Below are positions 1-10,506 of a DNA stretch of 64,000 bases, piece by piece. A program made the position numbers and the translations under genes. The notes under the pieces were generated by a model, which saw only the letters and a list, made by a program, of their open reading frames with translations, was not told where the DNA came from and did not search any database. Origin of the DNA: an uncultured delta proteobacterium (GTDB lineage Bacteria; Myxococcota_A; UBA9160; SZUA-336); NCBI GenBank assembly GCA_963704165.1, contig CAVPHD010000004.1, forward strand, positions 581,487 to 645,486, in the 5' to 3' direction. Every line of letters begins with the position of its first letter. Position 1 is the stretch's first letter.

Positions 1-570
1 CGGGTCGTCGCGGTCGTCGTACTCGAGCCGCAGCGCGCGCGAGATCGTCGCGTGCAGATCGTACGTGCAGGTGATGTAGGTGAGCTCGAGCACCTGCTCG
101 TCGGAAAGCCCCGCGCGCAGCGCCGCGAAGGTCTCGTCGGGAACGCGCCCGCCCTGCAGCACGAGGCCGTCGGTGTAGGCGAGCACCGCGCGCTCGAGCG
201 GGGAGTACGCCTCCGAGGTCTGCCAGGCGGGGATCGCCGCGATCTGCGCTTCGGGCATGTCGAGCGCACGCGCGGCCTTGCAGTGCTGCGAGTAGACGAA
301 CTGACTGCCGCGCGCGAAGCCCGCGCGCATCATCGCGAGCTCGCGGAGCTTCGGATCGATCTTGCGCTCTGCGCTCCGGTACAACGCGAAGCCCGCGACG
401 GCGTGGTCGAAGACGTCGGGCACGAGTGCGTAGACGGTCCACCAGTTCCCCGGCGTGCCCGTCGCGGTGCCCGGTTCGGCGACCGGATCGCGCGCACCGA
501 AGAGCAGGTCGTAGATCCGCAGCACCGACGGTGTGGCTTCTGCGCGTGAAACCTGGCGAAGACGCGGCAT
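1..570 (-). CDS. Carboxymuconolactone decarboxylase/AhpD-like family protein (3' end beyond window)
   Basis: Manual translation MPRLRQVSR...KLRELAMMRAGFARGSQFVYSQH...LERAVLAYTD; GGAGG RBS upstream; missing from ORF track because it has no stop in the window. Confidence 0.8.
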   Translation of the reverse strand, partial: MPRLRQVSRAEATPSVLRIYDLLFGARDPVAEPGTATGTPGNWWTVYALVPDVFDHAVAGFALYRSAERKIDPKLRELAMMRAGFARGSQFVYSQHCKAARALDMPEAQIAAIPAWQTSEAYSPLERAVLAYTDGLVLQGGRVPDETFAALRAGLSDEQVLELTYITCTYDLHATISRALRLEYDDRDDP

Positions 571-608
571 CGTGATCCTCCCGCCCCGTCCGTGGAGCGG
601 GCACCATC

Positions 609-1334
609 TTAGCGCGTGCGGTGTCTCCGATAGAGCTCGCAGCTCACCGCGATCTCGGCCTTCGCGCCCACGGTGCGCGCGATCGGCCCCGCGATCGTCA
701 ACCGGTCGAGCGCCGGCTTGGTCGCTCCGGTCGCGCGGGTCATCTCCTCGACGCTCGCGTTCCCGACCCGTGCGAGCCAGTCCCAGAGCGGCCCGAGCTC
801 GGGGTGAGCGAACTCGCGATCGATGCGCTCGAAGATCGGCTTGCAAGCCTCGGCGACGCGCGCCTCGAGGACCTCGGGCACGCGCGTGTAGCGGAATGCT
901 TCGAGCCAGGCCGCGAACACGTACGCGTGACCGCCACTGTTGCGGACCGCGAGCTCGAACTCGCTCTCCGCGAGCAGGTAGCCGGACGCAGCGGTCCAGG
1001 CGCGCAGGTCGCGGCGAAAGAGCGGCACGAGAGGCACGCGCTGGACCTTCCGACCGTCGATCTCGCGCAGACCGCGGGCGCGCACGAGTGCGCGGTGAAG
1101 CGCGATCCCCCCCGAACGCAGGCAGACCGCGCCGGGCGCCTCGCGCACCTGATCGTCGTCGTCGCCGTGCTCGTGTACCACGACGTCGATGCCGCCCTCG
1201 CGCAGGCGGGTGGCTGCCGCCTCGATGAGCGTCGTCTTTCCGGTGCCCGGTCCGCCGAAGACGACCGGCGCGCTTCCGCGCAGCGCTCCGTCGACGACGC
1301 GCCGCAGCACACCCTCGCGCGCAAGCCAGCTCAT
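609..1334 (-). CDS. Hypothetical P-loop NTPase
   Basis: Walker A GGPGTGKTT; co-oriented between SDR and CMD genes. Confidence 0.6.
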   Translation of the reverse strand: MSWLAREGVLRRVVDGALRGSAPVVFGGPGTGKTTLIEAAATRLREGGIDVVVHEHGDDDDQVREAPGAVCLRSGGIALHRALVRARGLREIDGRKVQRVPLVPLFRRDLRAWTAASGYLLAESEFELAVRNSGGHAYVFAAWLEAFRYTRVPEVLEARVAEACKPIFERIDREFAHPELGPLWDWLARVGNASVEEMTRATGATKPALDRLTIAGPIARTVGAKAEIAVSCELYRRHRTR

Positions 1335-1347
1335 CCCGGAGAACTCC

Positions 1348-2127
1348 TCACGCCATCACCTGTCCGCCATTCACGTCGAGCGACTGCCCGGTGATGGCGC
1401 GAGAGAGATCCGACGCGAAGAAGAGCACCGCGCCGGAGATCTCGTCCGAGTCGGGAATTCGGCCGAGCGCGATCTTCTGCGCGACCTCGTCGTAGATCAG
1501 CTTCGGATCGACGCCGCGTTGCTTCGCCTGCAGGGAGAAGAAGCCCTCGAGCGTCGCGCCCCAGATGTAGCCGGGCAGGACCGAGTTCACCCGGATCTGG
1601 TATCGGCCGAGCTCGCGCGCGATTCCCTGCGTCGCGGCGAGCAGCGCAGCCTTCGACGCCGCGTAGCTCGCCATCGTCGGCAGCACGTCGCGCACGATCA
1701 TCGAGTTGACCATCACGACCGAGCCACCGCCCTGACGCTTCATCAGCGGCACGACTTGCTGCGTGAGCCCGAGCGAGCCGAGCACGTTGGTCTCGAGCGG
1801 CGCGCGCCACTTCTGAAGATCGGATTTCTCGAAGAGCTGGTAGTGGCCGGGGTGGTACGCGTTGTTCACCAGCACGTCCACGCGGCCGAACTCCGCCTCG
1901 GCGCGCGCGACCAGATTCGCGCAATCGTCCGGCTTCGCGATGTCGGTCGGAACTTCCAGCGCGCGCCGTCCGAGCGCGCGGACCTCCGCGGCCACGGATT
2001 CGAGATTGGCCGGCGTGCGCGCGGCGAGCACGAGATCGCAGCCCTCCCGCGCGAAGAGCAGCGCGATCCCGCGACCCATGCCGGGCCCGACGCCCGATAC
2101 GATCGCCACGCGGTTCTGCAAGAGCAT
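1348..2127 (-). CDS. SDR family oxidoreductase
   Basis: SGVGPGMG, VNNA, YAASK; start moved to MLLQNRVAIV. Confidence 0.9.
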   Translation of the reverse strand: MLLQNRVAIVSGVGPGMGRGIALLFAREGCDLVLAARTPANLESVAAEVRALGRRALEVPTDIAKPDDCANLVARAEAEFGRVDVLVNNAYHPGHYQLFEKSDLQKWRAPLETNVLGSLGLTQQVVPLMKRQGGGSVVMVNSMIVRDVLPTMASYAASKAALLAATQGIARELGRYQIRVNSVLPGYIWGATLEGFFSLQAKQRGVDPKLIYDEVAQKIALGRIPDSDEISGAVLFFASDLSRAITGQSLDVNGGQVMA

Positions 2128-2167
2128 TTCGTTTCTCCGTGTCGTCCCTTCTACCGCATCCGCGCGA

Positions 2168-3460
2168 TCACGTCGTCGGCGCGACCCGGCCCCGTCCGAA
2201 CGCGACCTCGAGCACCGAGTCCTCGCCGGGCACGCCGATGCGCAGGGGAAATCCGTAGAAGCCGGTGCCGCGGTGCACGTAGAGTCGGTTGCGCCCGTGC
2301 GCGAAGAAGCCGTGATCGGGCCAGCGCGTGCGCGAGAGCACGGTCCAGTCGAGCCCGAGGGAGACGAGTCCGATCTGGCCGCCGTGCGTGTGACCGGAGA
2401 GGGTGAGGTCGGCCTCGCCGTCGGGAACGAGGGTGAACGCCGAAGGATCGTGCAGGAGCAGAAGTCGCAGGTGGTCGGGGAGCCGCGGGTTTCGCGCGCA
2501 GAGCTCCGCGAGGTGGGCTCCGCGGTCGCGCGAGACCCAGTCCGAGCCGAGGATCTGCACGGGTCCCGCCGACGTCTCGACGCAGGCCTGTGCATCGACG
2601 AGCAGTTGCACACCGACCGCTTCGAGCGCGGAGCGGATCTCTTCGGGTGCCTCGTGATCGTGGTTTCCCAGGCACGCGAAGCTCCGGCCCGCGAACTTCT
2701 CGAGTGGGTGCAGCGCGCGCGCGAGCGAGCCGGGAGAGCCCATGCCCTCCATCGTCAGCAGGTCGCCGGTCACGAGCACGAGGTCGGGATCGGACGCGAG
2801 CAATCGTTCCAGCGTGCGCTGCAGCTTCCCGACCGGCTGCCACGGCCCCAGGTGCGGATCCGCGATCTGCACGATCCGGAGTCCCCGCCGGTCCGACACG
2901 TTCCCGTGTCGCCGCTGCCGCTGAGACCTCGCCCGAACGAACTCGGCGGGCGCGTGGTCGTCGAGCTCGACGCGGACGAGCTCGGCGCGTGATCTCGCGG
3001 ACGTCACCACGGAGACACCCGCGAGCGCGAGGGGAAGCAGGTCGAGCCAACGCAACGCCTCGAGCGGCGCATCGAGTCCGAAGAGCGCGAGCGCCCCACG
3101 CACCGGAAGCAGCGCGAGCAGGTAGACGCCGGACAGGAAGCCGGCCGCGAGGAAGGTCTGTCCGGCCACCGAGACGAGCCAGCGGAACACCGGCGCGCGC
3201 AGTCGCGCGTGGACGAGCGAGAGCAGGTGAATCCCCGCCGACGCCATGCCCCAGAGAAAGAGCCCGTCGAGCAGCCCGCGCGGAACGGTGCCGAAGAGCT
3301 CTCGCAGCCGCGCGTGCACGAGCACCGCGCCCGGCAGCGACATCGCCAGCACGGCGAAACCGAAGACGGCGTACGCACGGGATCGCACGCGCGCGGCGTG
3401 GGCCGGTACACCGAAGAGGATCAAGAGGGCGAGCGCGGGGAGTACGAGGTCCGGCGTCAA
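2168..3460 (-). CDS. Membrane-anchored metallophosphoesterase (YkuE/YaeI-like)
   Basis: N-terminal TM helices; DPH, GD, GNHD, HDP, GHTHGGQ motifs. Confidence 0.88.
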   Translation of the reverse strand: MTPDLVLPALALLILFGVPAHAARVRSRAYAVFGFAVLAMSLPGAVLVHARLRELFGTVPRGLLDGLFLWGMASAGIHLLSLVHARLRAPVFRWLVSVAGQTFLAAGFLSGVYLLALLPVRGALALFGLDAPLEALRWLDLLPLALAGVSVVTSARSRAELVRVELDDHAPAEFVRARSQRQRRHGNVSDRRGLRIVQIADPHLGPWQPVGKLQRTLERLLASDPDLVLVTGDLLTMEGMGSPGSLARALHPLEKFAGRSFACLGNHDHEAPEEIRSALEAVGVQLLVDAQACVETSAGPVQILGSDWVSRDRGAHLAELCARNPRLPDHLRLLLLHDPSAFTLVPDGEADLTLSGHTHGGQIGLVSLGLDWTVLSRTRWPDHGFFAHGRNRLYVHRGTGFYGFPLRIGVPGEDSVLEVAFGRGRVAPTT

Positions 3461-3528
3461 GGTCCGGCAGACTAGCGGGCGCGCGGGAATTCTCCCAGAA
3501 TCGCGCCTTCGATCAGGAGGTCATCCCC

Positions 3529-4686
3529 TTGAAGCGAGACATCTTCAGCGACGAGCACGAGCTCTTCCGCGAGCAGTTCAAGCGCTTCGCCGTGAAGGAG
3601 CTCGAGCCGAAGATCGCCGGCTGGAACGAGAAGGGCATGAGCGACCGGGAGAGCTGGCGGCGCATGGGCGAGGAGGGCTTCCTCGGCGCGAACGCACCCG
3701 AGGAGTTCGGCGGCGCGGGCGGCGACTTCCTCTTCAACGCGATCGTCATGGAAGAGCTCGCGTACCTGCGCGCGCACGGGTTGATGGCGTCGCTGCACAC
3801 CGACATCTGCATGCCGTACATCACGGAGTTCGGGACGAAGGAGCAGAAGGAGAAGTATCTGCCCGGCACGATCGCGGGCGAGATCATCCTCGGCATCGCG
3901 ATGACCGAGCCGGGAACCGGCTCCGATCTCGCGAACGTGCAGACGACGGCGATCCGCGACGGGGATTCGTACGTTCTGAACGGTTCGAAGACCTTCATCT
4001 CGAACGGCCAGATCGGCGACCTCTTCGTCGTCGTTGCGAAGACCGAGCCCGATTCGGACCCGCCGCACCGCGGCATCAGCCTGATCCTCGTCGAGGCGAG
4101 CGCGCCGGGCTTCGTGCGTGGACGAAAGCTCGACAAGCTCGGACTTCGCGGCCAGGACACCAGCGAGCTCTTCTTCCAGGACTGCCGCGTGCCGCGTTCG
4201 AGCGTGCTCGGCGGCCACGAGGGCCGAGGCTTCAAGCAGCTGATGCAGAACCTGCAGCAGGAACGGCTCTGCATCGCCGTGGCCTCGATCGCGTCGTGCC
4301 GTCGCGCGCTCGACGACACGATGGACTACGTGAAGCAGCGCCGCGCGTTCGGCCAGCCGATCGCCGGCTTCCAGAACACGCAGTTCAAGCTGGCGGAGCT
4401 CGCCACCGAGGTCGAGGTCGGCCAGGCCTTCACCGACAGGCTGCTCGCCGCGCACGTGCGCAAGGAGAGCATCGTGACCGAGGTCTCGATGGGGAAGTGG
4501 TGGGCCACCGACCTGCAGAAGCGGCTGACGGCCGAGTGCCTGCAGCTGCACGGCGGCTACGGCTTCATGCTCGAGTACCCGATCTCGACCGACTACGCCG
4601 ACGCGGCCGTCCAGTCGATCTACGCCGGAACGAACGAAATCATGAAGCGCATCATCGCGCGCAATCTCGGACTCGATCTCACCTGA
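3529..4686 (+). CDS. Acyl-CoA dehydrogenase
   Basis: [45 protein letters not shown] before TTG 3529. Confidence 0.93.
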   Translation: MKRDIFSDEHELFREQFKRFAVKELEPKIAGWNEKGMSDRESWRRMGEEGFLGANAPEEFGGAGGDFLFNAIVMEELAYLRAHGLMASLHTDICMPYITEFGTKEQKEKYLPGTIAGEIILGIAMTEPGTGSDLANVQTTAIRDGDSYVLNGSKTFISNGQIGDLFVVVAKTEPDSDPPHRGISLILVEASAPGFVRGRKLDKLGLRGQDTSELFFQDCRVPRSSVLGGHEGRGFKQLMQNLQQERLCIAVASIASCRRALDDTMDYVKQRRAFGQPIAGFQNTQFKLAELATEVEVGQAFTDRLLAAHVRKESIVTEVSMGKWWATDLQKRLTAECLQLHGGYGFMLEYPISTDYADAAVQSIYAGTNEIMKRIIARNLGLDLT

Positions 4687-4700
4687 AGGAGACGCACTGC

Positions 4701-5375
4701 ATGCACCGATCGATCCTGGCCGCGTTCGTCGCGGCCTTCACCCTGTTCGGATTCATCACACCGGCAATCGCCGCAGAGGAGAAACCCATGGCCGCAACGG
4801 ACCCGGCGATCGCCGAAATCGACGCCCAGATCGCGAACGCGAAGATCGACAAGACCGCCGATCGCTGGAAGCAGCGCCTGCCCAAGCCCGCGATGGCGAG
4901 CTTCACGAAGGGCAAGAAGTACACCTGGGTCCTCGACACCAACAAGGGTCCGATCGAGGTTCTTCTCTTCTCGGATGCTGCGCCGATGCACGTGACGAGC
5001 ACGATCTACCTGACCAACATGGGCTTCTACGACGGCGTGATCTTCCACCGCGTGATCCCCGGTTTCATGGCGCAGGGCGGAGATCCGACCGGAACCGGAA
5101 CGGGCGGCCCGGGCTACGAGTACGACGGCGAGTTCGGCGGCCCGAAGCACAGCAAGCCGGGCATCCTGTCGATGGCCAACCGCGGCCCACGCACGGATGG
5201 CAGCCAGTTCTTCCTGACCTTCGTGCCGACGCCGCACCTCGACGGCAAGCACACCGTCTTCGGTGAGGTGGCCAAGGGAATGGACACCGTGCAAGCGCTC
5301 GAGAAGGCGGGCTCGAGCAACGGACAGACCAAGGAGAAGCTCGAGATCAAGAAGGCGACGATTCGCGTCGACTAG
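4701..5375 (+). CDS. Cyclophilin-type peptidyl-prolyl isomerase with signal peptide
   Basis: [44 protein letters not shown]. Confidence 0.93.
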   Translation: MHRSILAAFVAAFTLFGFITPAIAAEEKPMAATDPAIAEIDAQIANAKIDKTADRWKQRLPKPAMASFTKGKKYTWVLDTNKGPIEVLLFSDAAPMHVTSTIYLTNMGFYDGVIFHRVIPGFMAQGGDPTGTGTGGPGYEYDGEFGGPKHSKPGILSMANRGPRTDGSQFFLTFVPTPHLDGKHTVFGEVAKGMDTVQALEKAGSSNGQTKEKLEIKKATIRVD

Positions 5376-5583
5376 ACGCGCCGCCGCTCCGCGAGTCGGA
5401 AGTCCGGGAACTTCTGCACGACGAGATCTCGCTCGCCGAGGATCTCGTCGGGCAGCCCGGGCGTCGCGAGCCGAGGCATCGCATGCCCCCCGTGCCGGGT
5501 CCCGCCGCGTGGCTCGACCGATCGCCGGCCGCTCTCGAAGTCGCGAATGGAAGTCGCGCGCTCGTCTGCACTAAGCTCGACGC

Positions 5584-6789
5584 GTGTCGCGGCTCGAGAA
5601 GATCGTCGTCGTCGGAGCTTCGCTCGCGGGCCTGCGGACCGTCGAGTCGCTGCGTCAGCTCGGGTTCGGGGGAGAGATCGTGCTCGTCGGTGCCGAGAAG
5701 CACCTCCCCTACGATCGCCCGCCGCTCTCGAAGGAGATCCTCCAGGGCCGCTGGGACACCGACCGGCTGTCGCTCCGCAAACGACCGTTCGAGGATCTGC
5801 GCGTCGATCTTCGACTCGGGATCCGCGCGACCGCACTCGACACCCGCGCGCGCGAGGTGACGCTCGCCGACGGAGGGCGTGAGAGCTACGACGCGCTCGT
5901 GATCGCGACCGGCGCGTCCGCGCGCAGACTTCCCGGCCAGCCCGAGCTCGCGGGGCTGCATCTTCTCCGCACGCTCGACGATGCGCTCGCGCTGCGCGCC
6001 TCGCTCGAACGCTCGCCGCGCGTTCTCGTCGTCGGAGCGGGATTCATCGGCGCGGAGGTCGCGGCCTCGTGCCGCGCGCGCGGACTCGAGGTCGTCGTGA
6101 TCGAGCCCTTGCCGGTACCGCTCGCGCGCGGGCTCGGCGAGCGCATGGGCCGACTCTGCGCGGATCTTCACCGCGAGAACGGTGTGGACCTGCGCTGTGG
6201 AGTCGGCGTCTCCGCCATCGAGGGCGACGGCCGCGTCGAGCGCGTCGCTCTCTCCGACGGCACGCGCGTCGCGGCCGACGTCGTCGTGGTGGGCATCGGC
6301 GTGGTACCCGAGACGCGCTGGCTCGAGGGTTCGGGCCTGGTTCTCGACGACGGCGTGGTCTGCGACGCGTACTGTGCGGCCGGACCGCCGGGGGTCTTCG
6401 CGGCGGGCGACGTTGCGCGCTGGCAGAACCCGCTCTTCGAGGAGACGATGCGCGTCGAGCATTGGAGCAACGCGGTGGAGCAGGGCGTCTACGTCGCGGA
6501 GCGGCTCGCGGGCAGCTCGGCCGGCGTGGAGCCGTTCGCGCCCGTGCCGTTCTTCTGGTCCGAGCAGTACGGTGTGAAGATCCAGTTCGCCGGCCGGATG
6601 CACGGTGACGACAGAGTCGAGGTCGTCGCCGGCTCGCTCGAGGAGCGCAAGTTCACCGCGCTCTACGGCCGAGCGGGCCGACTCACCGGCGTGCTCTGCT
6701 TCAGCCGGCCGCGTGACCTGGCGAAGTACCGGCGGCGGATCGCCGAGAAGAGCGCGTTCGCCGACGCGGTGGCGCTCGCCTCGAGCTAG
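5584..6789 (+). CDS. FAD/NAD(P)-dependent ferredoxin reductase-like oxidoreductase
   Basis: GASLAG, PYDRPPLSK, ATG, GAGFIG, AAGD, PFFWSEQY. Confidence 0.9.
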   Translation: MSRLEKIVVVGASLAGLRTVESLRQLGFGGEIVLVGAEKHLPYDRPPLSKEILQGRWDTDRLSLRKRPFEDLRVDLRLGIRATALDTRAREVTLADGGRESYDALVIATGASARRLPGQPELAGLHLLRTLDDALALRASLERSPRVLVVGAGFIGAEVAASCRARGLEVVVIEPLPVPLARGLGERMGRLCADLHRENGVDLRCGVGVSAIEGDGRVERVALSDGTRVAADVVVVGIGVVPETRWLEGSGLVLDDGVVCDAYCAAGPPGVFAAGDVARWQNPLFEETMRVEHWSNAVEQGVYVAERLAGSSAGVEPFAPVPFFWSEQYGVKIQFAGRMHGDDRVEVVAGSLEERKFTALYGRAGRLTGVLCFSRPRDLAKYRRRIAEKSAFADAVALASS

Positions 6790-7223
6790 GGCGCGAGCGC
6801 GGCCGCGAAGAGCGCACGCCGTGCGCGTGGGATCGGAACGAGCTTTCCGTCGTCGTTGACCAGTGCGTGCTCGGTGACCGCGGTGGCGATGAGCGCGTCG
6901 CCACGGCGCACCGCGTAGCCGATCGCGAGCGAGACGCGCTTCAGCCAGACGAGCCAGCAGGTGACCTGGAGGCGATCGTCGTATCGCGCAGCCTGCTGGT
7001 AGCGGACCTCGAGGCCGGTCACCGCGAAGTGCAGCCCCTCGGCGACGTACTCGCGATAGGGCCGGTCGTGCTGGTCGAGATACTCGATCCGCGCGAGCTC
7101 CAGGTAGTGCACGTAGCGCGCGTGGTGGACGACGCGCATCGCGTCGGTGTCGTAGAACGGCACGCGGTAGGAGATCGTCGCGGTCTTCGCTCCGGCGGGA
7201 GCTTCGCTGGGAAGGCGTGGCAC
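6786..7223 (-). CDS. Acyl-CoA thioesterase (YbgC/FadM, 4HBT family)
   Basis: RVPFYDTDAMRVVHHARYVHYLELAR. Confidence 0.85.
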   Translation of the reverse strand: MPRLPSEAPAGAKTATISYRVPFYDTDAMRVVHHARYVHYLELARIEYLDQHDRPYREYVAEGLHFAVTGLEVRYQQAARYDDRLQVTCWLVWLKRVSLAIGYAVRRGDALIATAVTEHALVNDDGKLVPIPRARRALFAAALAP

Positions 7224-7273
7224 GCGCGCAGTGTTCCGGTCGCCTCGCGCGGGGTCAAGGCTATCCTCGGGCG

Positions 7274-7693
7274 ATGTCCCCGGTGGACCTGCCCTTCGCG
7301 ATTCCGGAACGCGAGCTCACCTTCACGTTCGCGCGAAGCTCCGGCCCCGGCGGGCAGAATGTGAACAAGACCGAGACGAAGGCGACGCTGCGCTGGGCGG
7401 TCCGGCACAGCCCTTCGCTTCCCGACGATGTCCGCGCGCGTTTCCTTCGCGCCTACGCGAGCCGGATCACGACCGAAGGGGAGCTCGTGATCTCGTCGCA
7501 GCGCCACCGCGACCGCTCGCGGAACATCGACGACTGTCTCGAGAAGCTCGCTTCGATGTTGCGCCAGGTCGCGAAGCCGCGGGCCCGGCGCCGGCCGACG
7601 CGGCCGAGCCGGGGCGCCGTCGAGCGGCGCATCCGCGAGAAGAAGCGCCGCGCCGGGACGAAGTCCGCCCGCCGCAGACCCGCGGAGGACTAG
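7274..7693 (+). CDS. arfB: Alternative ribosome rescue peptidyl-tRNA hydrolase ArfB
   Basis: RSSGPGGQNVNK and basic C-terminal tail RRPTRPS...RIREKKRR. Confidence 0.92.
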   Translation: MSPVDLPFAIPERELTFTFARSSGPGGQNVNKTETKATLRWAVRHSPSLPDDVRARFLRAYASRITTEGELVISSQRHRDRSRNIDDCLEKLASMLRQVAKPRARRRPTRPSRGAVERRIREKKRRAGTKSARRRPAED

Positions 7694-8244
7694 CTCGTCG
7701 GAGGTCCGGAGAGCTCGGGGCCGCACTCGCGGAGCAGGCCGTCGAGCGCGAAGACGTGGTCGTCGTCGGCGGGCATCTCGCGGAGCGAACGCGCCAGCTC
7801 GCGCACGTACTCGGCGTTCGATCCGCTCGGACCGCGGGCCTGCGCGATCTGGGCGGCGATCGCGTCGAGCGGTGCGGGCCCGAGGTAGTTCGGATTGGCG
7901 GGCGTGGCGATGTAGACGAGGCCCGCCGTCCCCGTTCCGTCCCCGAAGTACAGATCGACCTGGCGGCGGTCGTATCCGCCGCGTTCCCGGTGGTCGAGAT
8001 CGGCGAGCACGCACTTCACGCCGGACTCCGGCACACGATACGCGACGCCGTAGCAGCTCGACCCGACCTCGGGAAGCAACGTCACCACTCGTCCGGGCGA
8101 GCCCGGCACGCCGCGGTGATCGGTCGAGCCCTGCCAGAAGCGCCGCGTGAAGCCGCGGATCCAGGCATTGCGGCGCTCGGCGAAGGCGAACGCGGGCCGC
8201 CAGACCAGGGATCCGTATCCGAAGACCCAGAGGGCGTTGTCCAT
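7690..8244 (-). CDS. chaC: ChaC-like gamma-glutamylcyclotransferase
   Basis: WVFGYGSLVW, QGSTDHRG, PGRVVTL, GPSGSNAEY. Confidence 0.9.
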   Translation of the reverse strand: MDNALWVFGYGSLVWRPAFAFAERRNAWIRGFTRRFWQGSTDHRGVPGSPGRVVTLLPEVGSSCYGVAYRVPESGVKCVLADLDHRERGGYDRRQVDLYFGDGTGTAGLVYIATPANPNYLGPAPLDAIAAQIAQARGPSGSNAEYVRELARSLREMPADDDHVFALDGLLRECGPELSGPPTS

Positions 8245-8300
8245 CGTTTCTGCCTGCTCCCGATACCGGCGCGCCGAGACTAGGCCAGCAAGAAGTGTCT

Positions 8301-8327
8301 TCAAGCGCCCACTCCCCAGGCCGAAAA
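8301..8327 (+). promoter_or_regulatory. Possible sigma28-type promoter
   Basis: TCAA-N15-GCCGAAAA versus consensus TAAA-N15-GCCGATAA, upstream of CDS at 8392. Confidence 0.35.
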
Positions 8328-8391
8328 GCAATGCGACCCCCGGAGATTTCGGAACGGCGGGAAGAACCCTGTAGGGGGCGGTCGAGGGAGC

Positions 8392-10470
8392 GTGTTGCGG
8401 ATCGAAGAGCTCGCACGTCGCCTCGCCGACACACCTCGCGGTGTCGGGATCGCGCTCGTCATACTGACGCTGCTGGTCTCGCCGGGCTTCGTCCGCGTCA
8501 CGGGCGATGTCTTGCCGCGCGCGCTGCCGAGCCAAGGGACGTTCGCCGGGCGCGACGTCGCGGTTCTCGAGCTCGGCTGCGCCGACGGGGTGTTCACGTC
8601 CTCGTGTCTGCGTCTCGTGACGCGCGTGACCCAAGCGCTCGAGGAGCACGGAGACCTGGTGGTGGACGCCCGCTCGCTCGCGAGCGCTCAGGTCGTGCGC
8701 GTGCGGAACTCGCAGCTGCGGGTCGAGCCGCTCGGCGCGCGCCCGCCCGCGAACGAGCCCGAGCTTCGCGCGCTGCACGCTCGCGTGCGCGGCGACGACG
8801 CGCTGGTGCAGCGATTCGTCGCGCCCGATCGCCCCGCGACCTTCGTCTACGCGGAGCTCGCGGGCGGGCGGAAGGCGACAGAGCTTCGCGCGCTCGTCGA
8901 ATCGATCCGCGCGGCCTTCGAACGCCCGCCGAAGCTCCGGGTGACGCTCGTCAGTGTAGGGTCGGGCGAGCCCGCGCAGGCCTGGCTGGAATGGCTGGCC
9001 GTCGCGTCGCTCGCGCTCGCGCTCCTGCTCGCACCGGGAGGGCTTCGCGCCGGGTTGATCGCCGGGGTCGGGGCCGTCGCGTTCGCGGGCTTCGCGCACA
9101 CGCTTCTCGGCATCTTCGGCGGGGAGATCGAAGCGCGCGGTCGATTCGTTCCCGGGCTTCTCGCCGCGAGCGCGTTCTCGACGAACCTCCTGCTGATCGC
9201 TCGCTCGCGCGCCGAGCGGCTTCGCGGGTCCTCGCCGCGGACCTCGGCCGCGTCGGCACTCGCGGCGTTCGGCCCCTCACTCGCATTCGGCGCTCTCGTC
9301 TCGCTCGGCGGTCTCGCGGCCCTGCTCGCGTTCGAGCCCGAGGTACCGCTCGCCCGCGGGCTGGCGGTCGCGTCGGGACTGGCCGTGGCGCTCGTCGCGT
9401 ATCCACTCGGCATCGCGCTCCTGGGCCTGATCGCCTGGCCCGCTCTGCTCAGCCACAGCGTCGGCGAATTCGCGTCGGAGGTTTCGAGGCGCGTCGAGCG
9501 CGCGTTCGTCGGCACGCGCTCGATCGCAGCCCTCGCCGTCGTCGGCGTCGCGCTCGTCGGGGGGATGCTCGTCGCGCTCTCGCCCGATCCGGGAGCGCGG
9601 GAGCTGCGAAGCGTCGTGCTCGACTCGGGCGAGCCCGGCGGTGCTCTCGACCCGGTCTTCCTCGAACGGGTCGCGGCGTTCCAGCGCCGGGTGGAGTCGC
9701 GCCCGGAAGTCCTCTGGTCGACCTCGCTGGTCGATACGGCGCTCGCGCCGGCGAATCGCGCGCTTCACGATGGCGACGTCCTGTTCGCGACCGTACCCCT
9801 GACCCGCACCGACGTCGATCGCGCGCTCCGCCCGTGGCAACGCGAGCATCGCTCGCTTCTCGCGCGACAGATCGACCGGGAGAATCGCAGGGTCGCCGTC
9901 GACCTGCTGATCGCACCGAGCCTCGAAGTGCCTGCGCCTGCACCCGCTCGGCCGATCGCGAGCGCGCTCCTCACCATCGGTCTGGTCGCGGTGATCGGAT
10001 TCGCGCTTCTCGGCAGCGCGCGAGGCGGATGGATCTGCGCGTTGCACGCCGCAATCGTTTCGGCGGTCCTGCTCGGCTTGTCGGGCGCGCTTCCCGACGG
10101 GCTGCGCGGAGCGGGAGCCGCGTTCGCGCCGATCTCCGCCGCCATCGGCGCGGGGTTCGGCCTGCTGCTTCTCGCGTCGATCCGGGAGCGGCTCGAAGCG
10201 GGGGCCGATCTCGAGATCGCGCTCTCGCTCGCGTTGCGCGAGACGGGGCCCGCCCTTTCAAGCGCCGCCTTCGCGAGCACGGGCTGCGTCCTGCTCGTCG
10301 GAGCGGGATCGGGCACGCCGACTGCCTTCGTCATCCTCGCGGGTCTCGGGCCGCTGCTCGCCGCGGCCTGCGTGCTGGTGGTCGCGAAGCCGCTCGTGCG
10401 CCTCGCGCGCGCGCGATTCTTCTCCGAGCGCGTTTCGCATCGCCCGGGAGTGTCGGAGCGCGAGGCCTAG
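8392..10470 (+). CDS. Divergent MMPL/RND-like membrane protein
   Basis: Two halves, each a TM, soluble loop and multi-TM block; ALDPVFLERVAAFQ and LRETGPAL are MMPL-like. Confidence 0.6.
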   Translation: MLRIEELARRLADTPRGVGIALVILTLLVSPGFVRVTGDVLPRALPSQGTFAGRDVAVLELGCADGVFTSSCLRLVTRVTQALEEHGDLVVDARSLASAQVVRVRNSQLRVEPLGARPPANEPELRALHARVRGDDALVQRFVAPDRPATFVYAELAGGRKATELRALVESIRAAFERPPKLRVTLVSVGSGEPAQAWLEWLAVASLALALLLAPGGLRAGLIAGVGAVAFAGFAHTLLGIFGGEIEARGRFVPGLLAASAFSTNLLLIARSRAERLRGSSPRTSAASALAAFGPSLAFGALVSLGGLAALLAFEPEVPLARGLAVASGLAVALVAYPLGIALLGLIAWPALLSHSVGEFASEVSRRVERAFVGTRSIAALAVVGVALVGGMLVALSPDPGARELRSVVLDSGEPGGALDPVFLERVAAFQRRVESRPEVLWSTSLVDTALAPANRALHDGDVLFATVPLTRTDVDRALRPWQREHRSLLARQIDRENRRVAVDLLIAPSLEVPAPAPARPIASALLTIGLVAVIGFALLGSARGGWICALHAAIVSAVLLGLSGALPDGLRGAGAAFAPISAAIGAGFGLLLLASIRERLEAGADLEIALSLALRETGPALSSAAFASTGCVLLVGAGSGTPTAFVILAGLGPLLAAACVLVVAKPLVRLARARFFSERVSHRPGVSEREA

Positions 10471-10506
10471 GTTCCGCGTCGAGGACGCTCCGACGCGATC
10501 GCCTCG

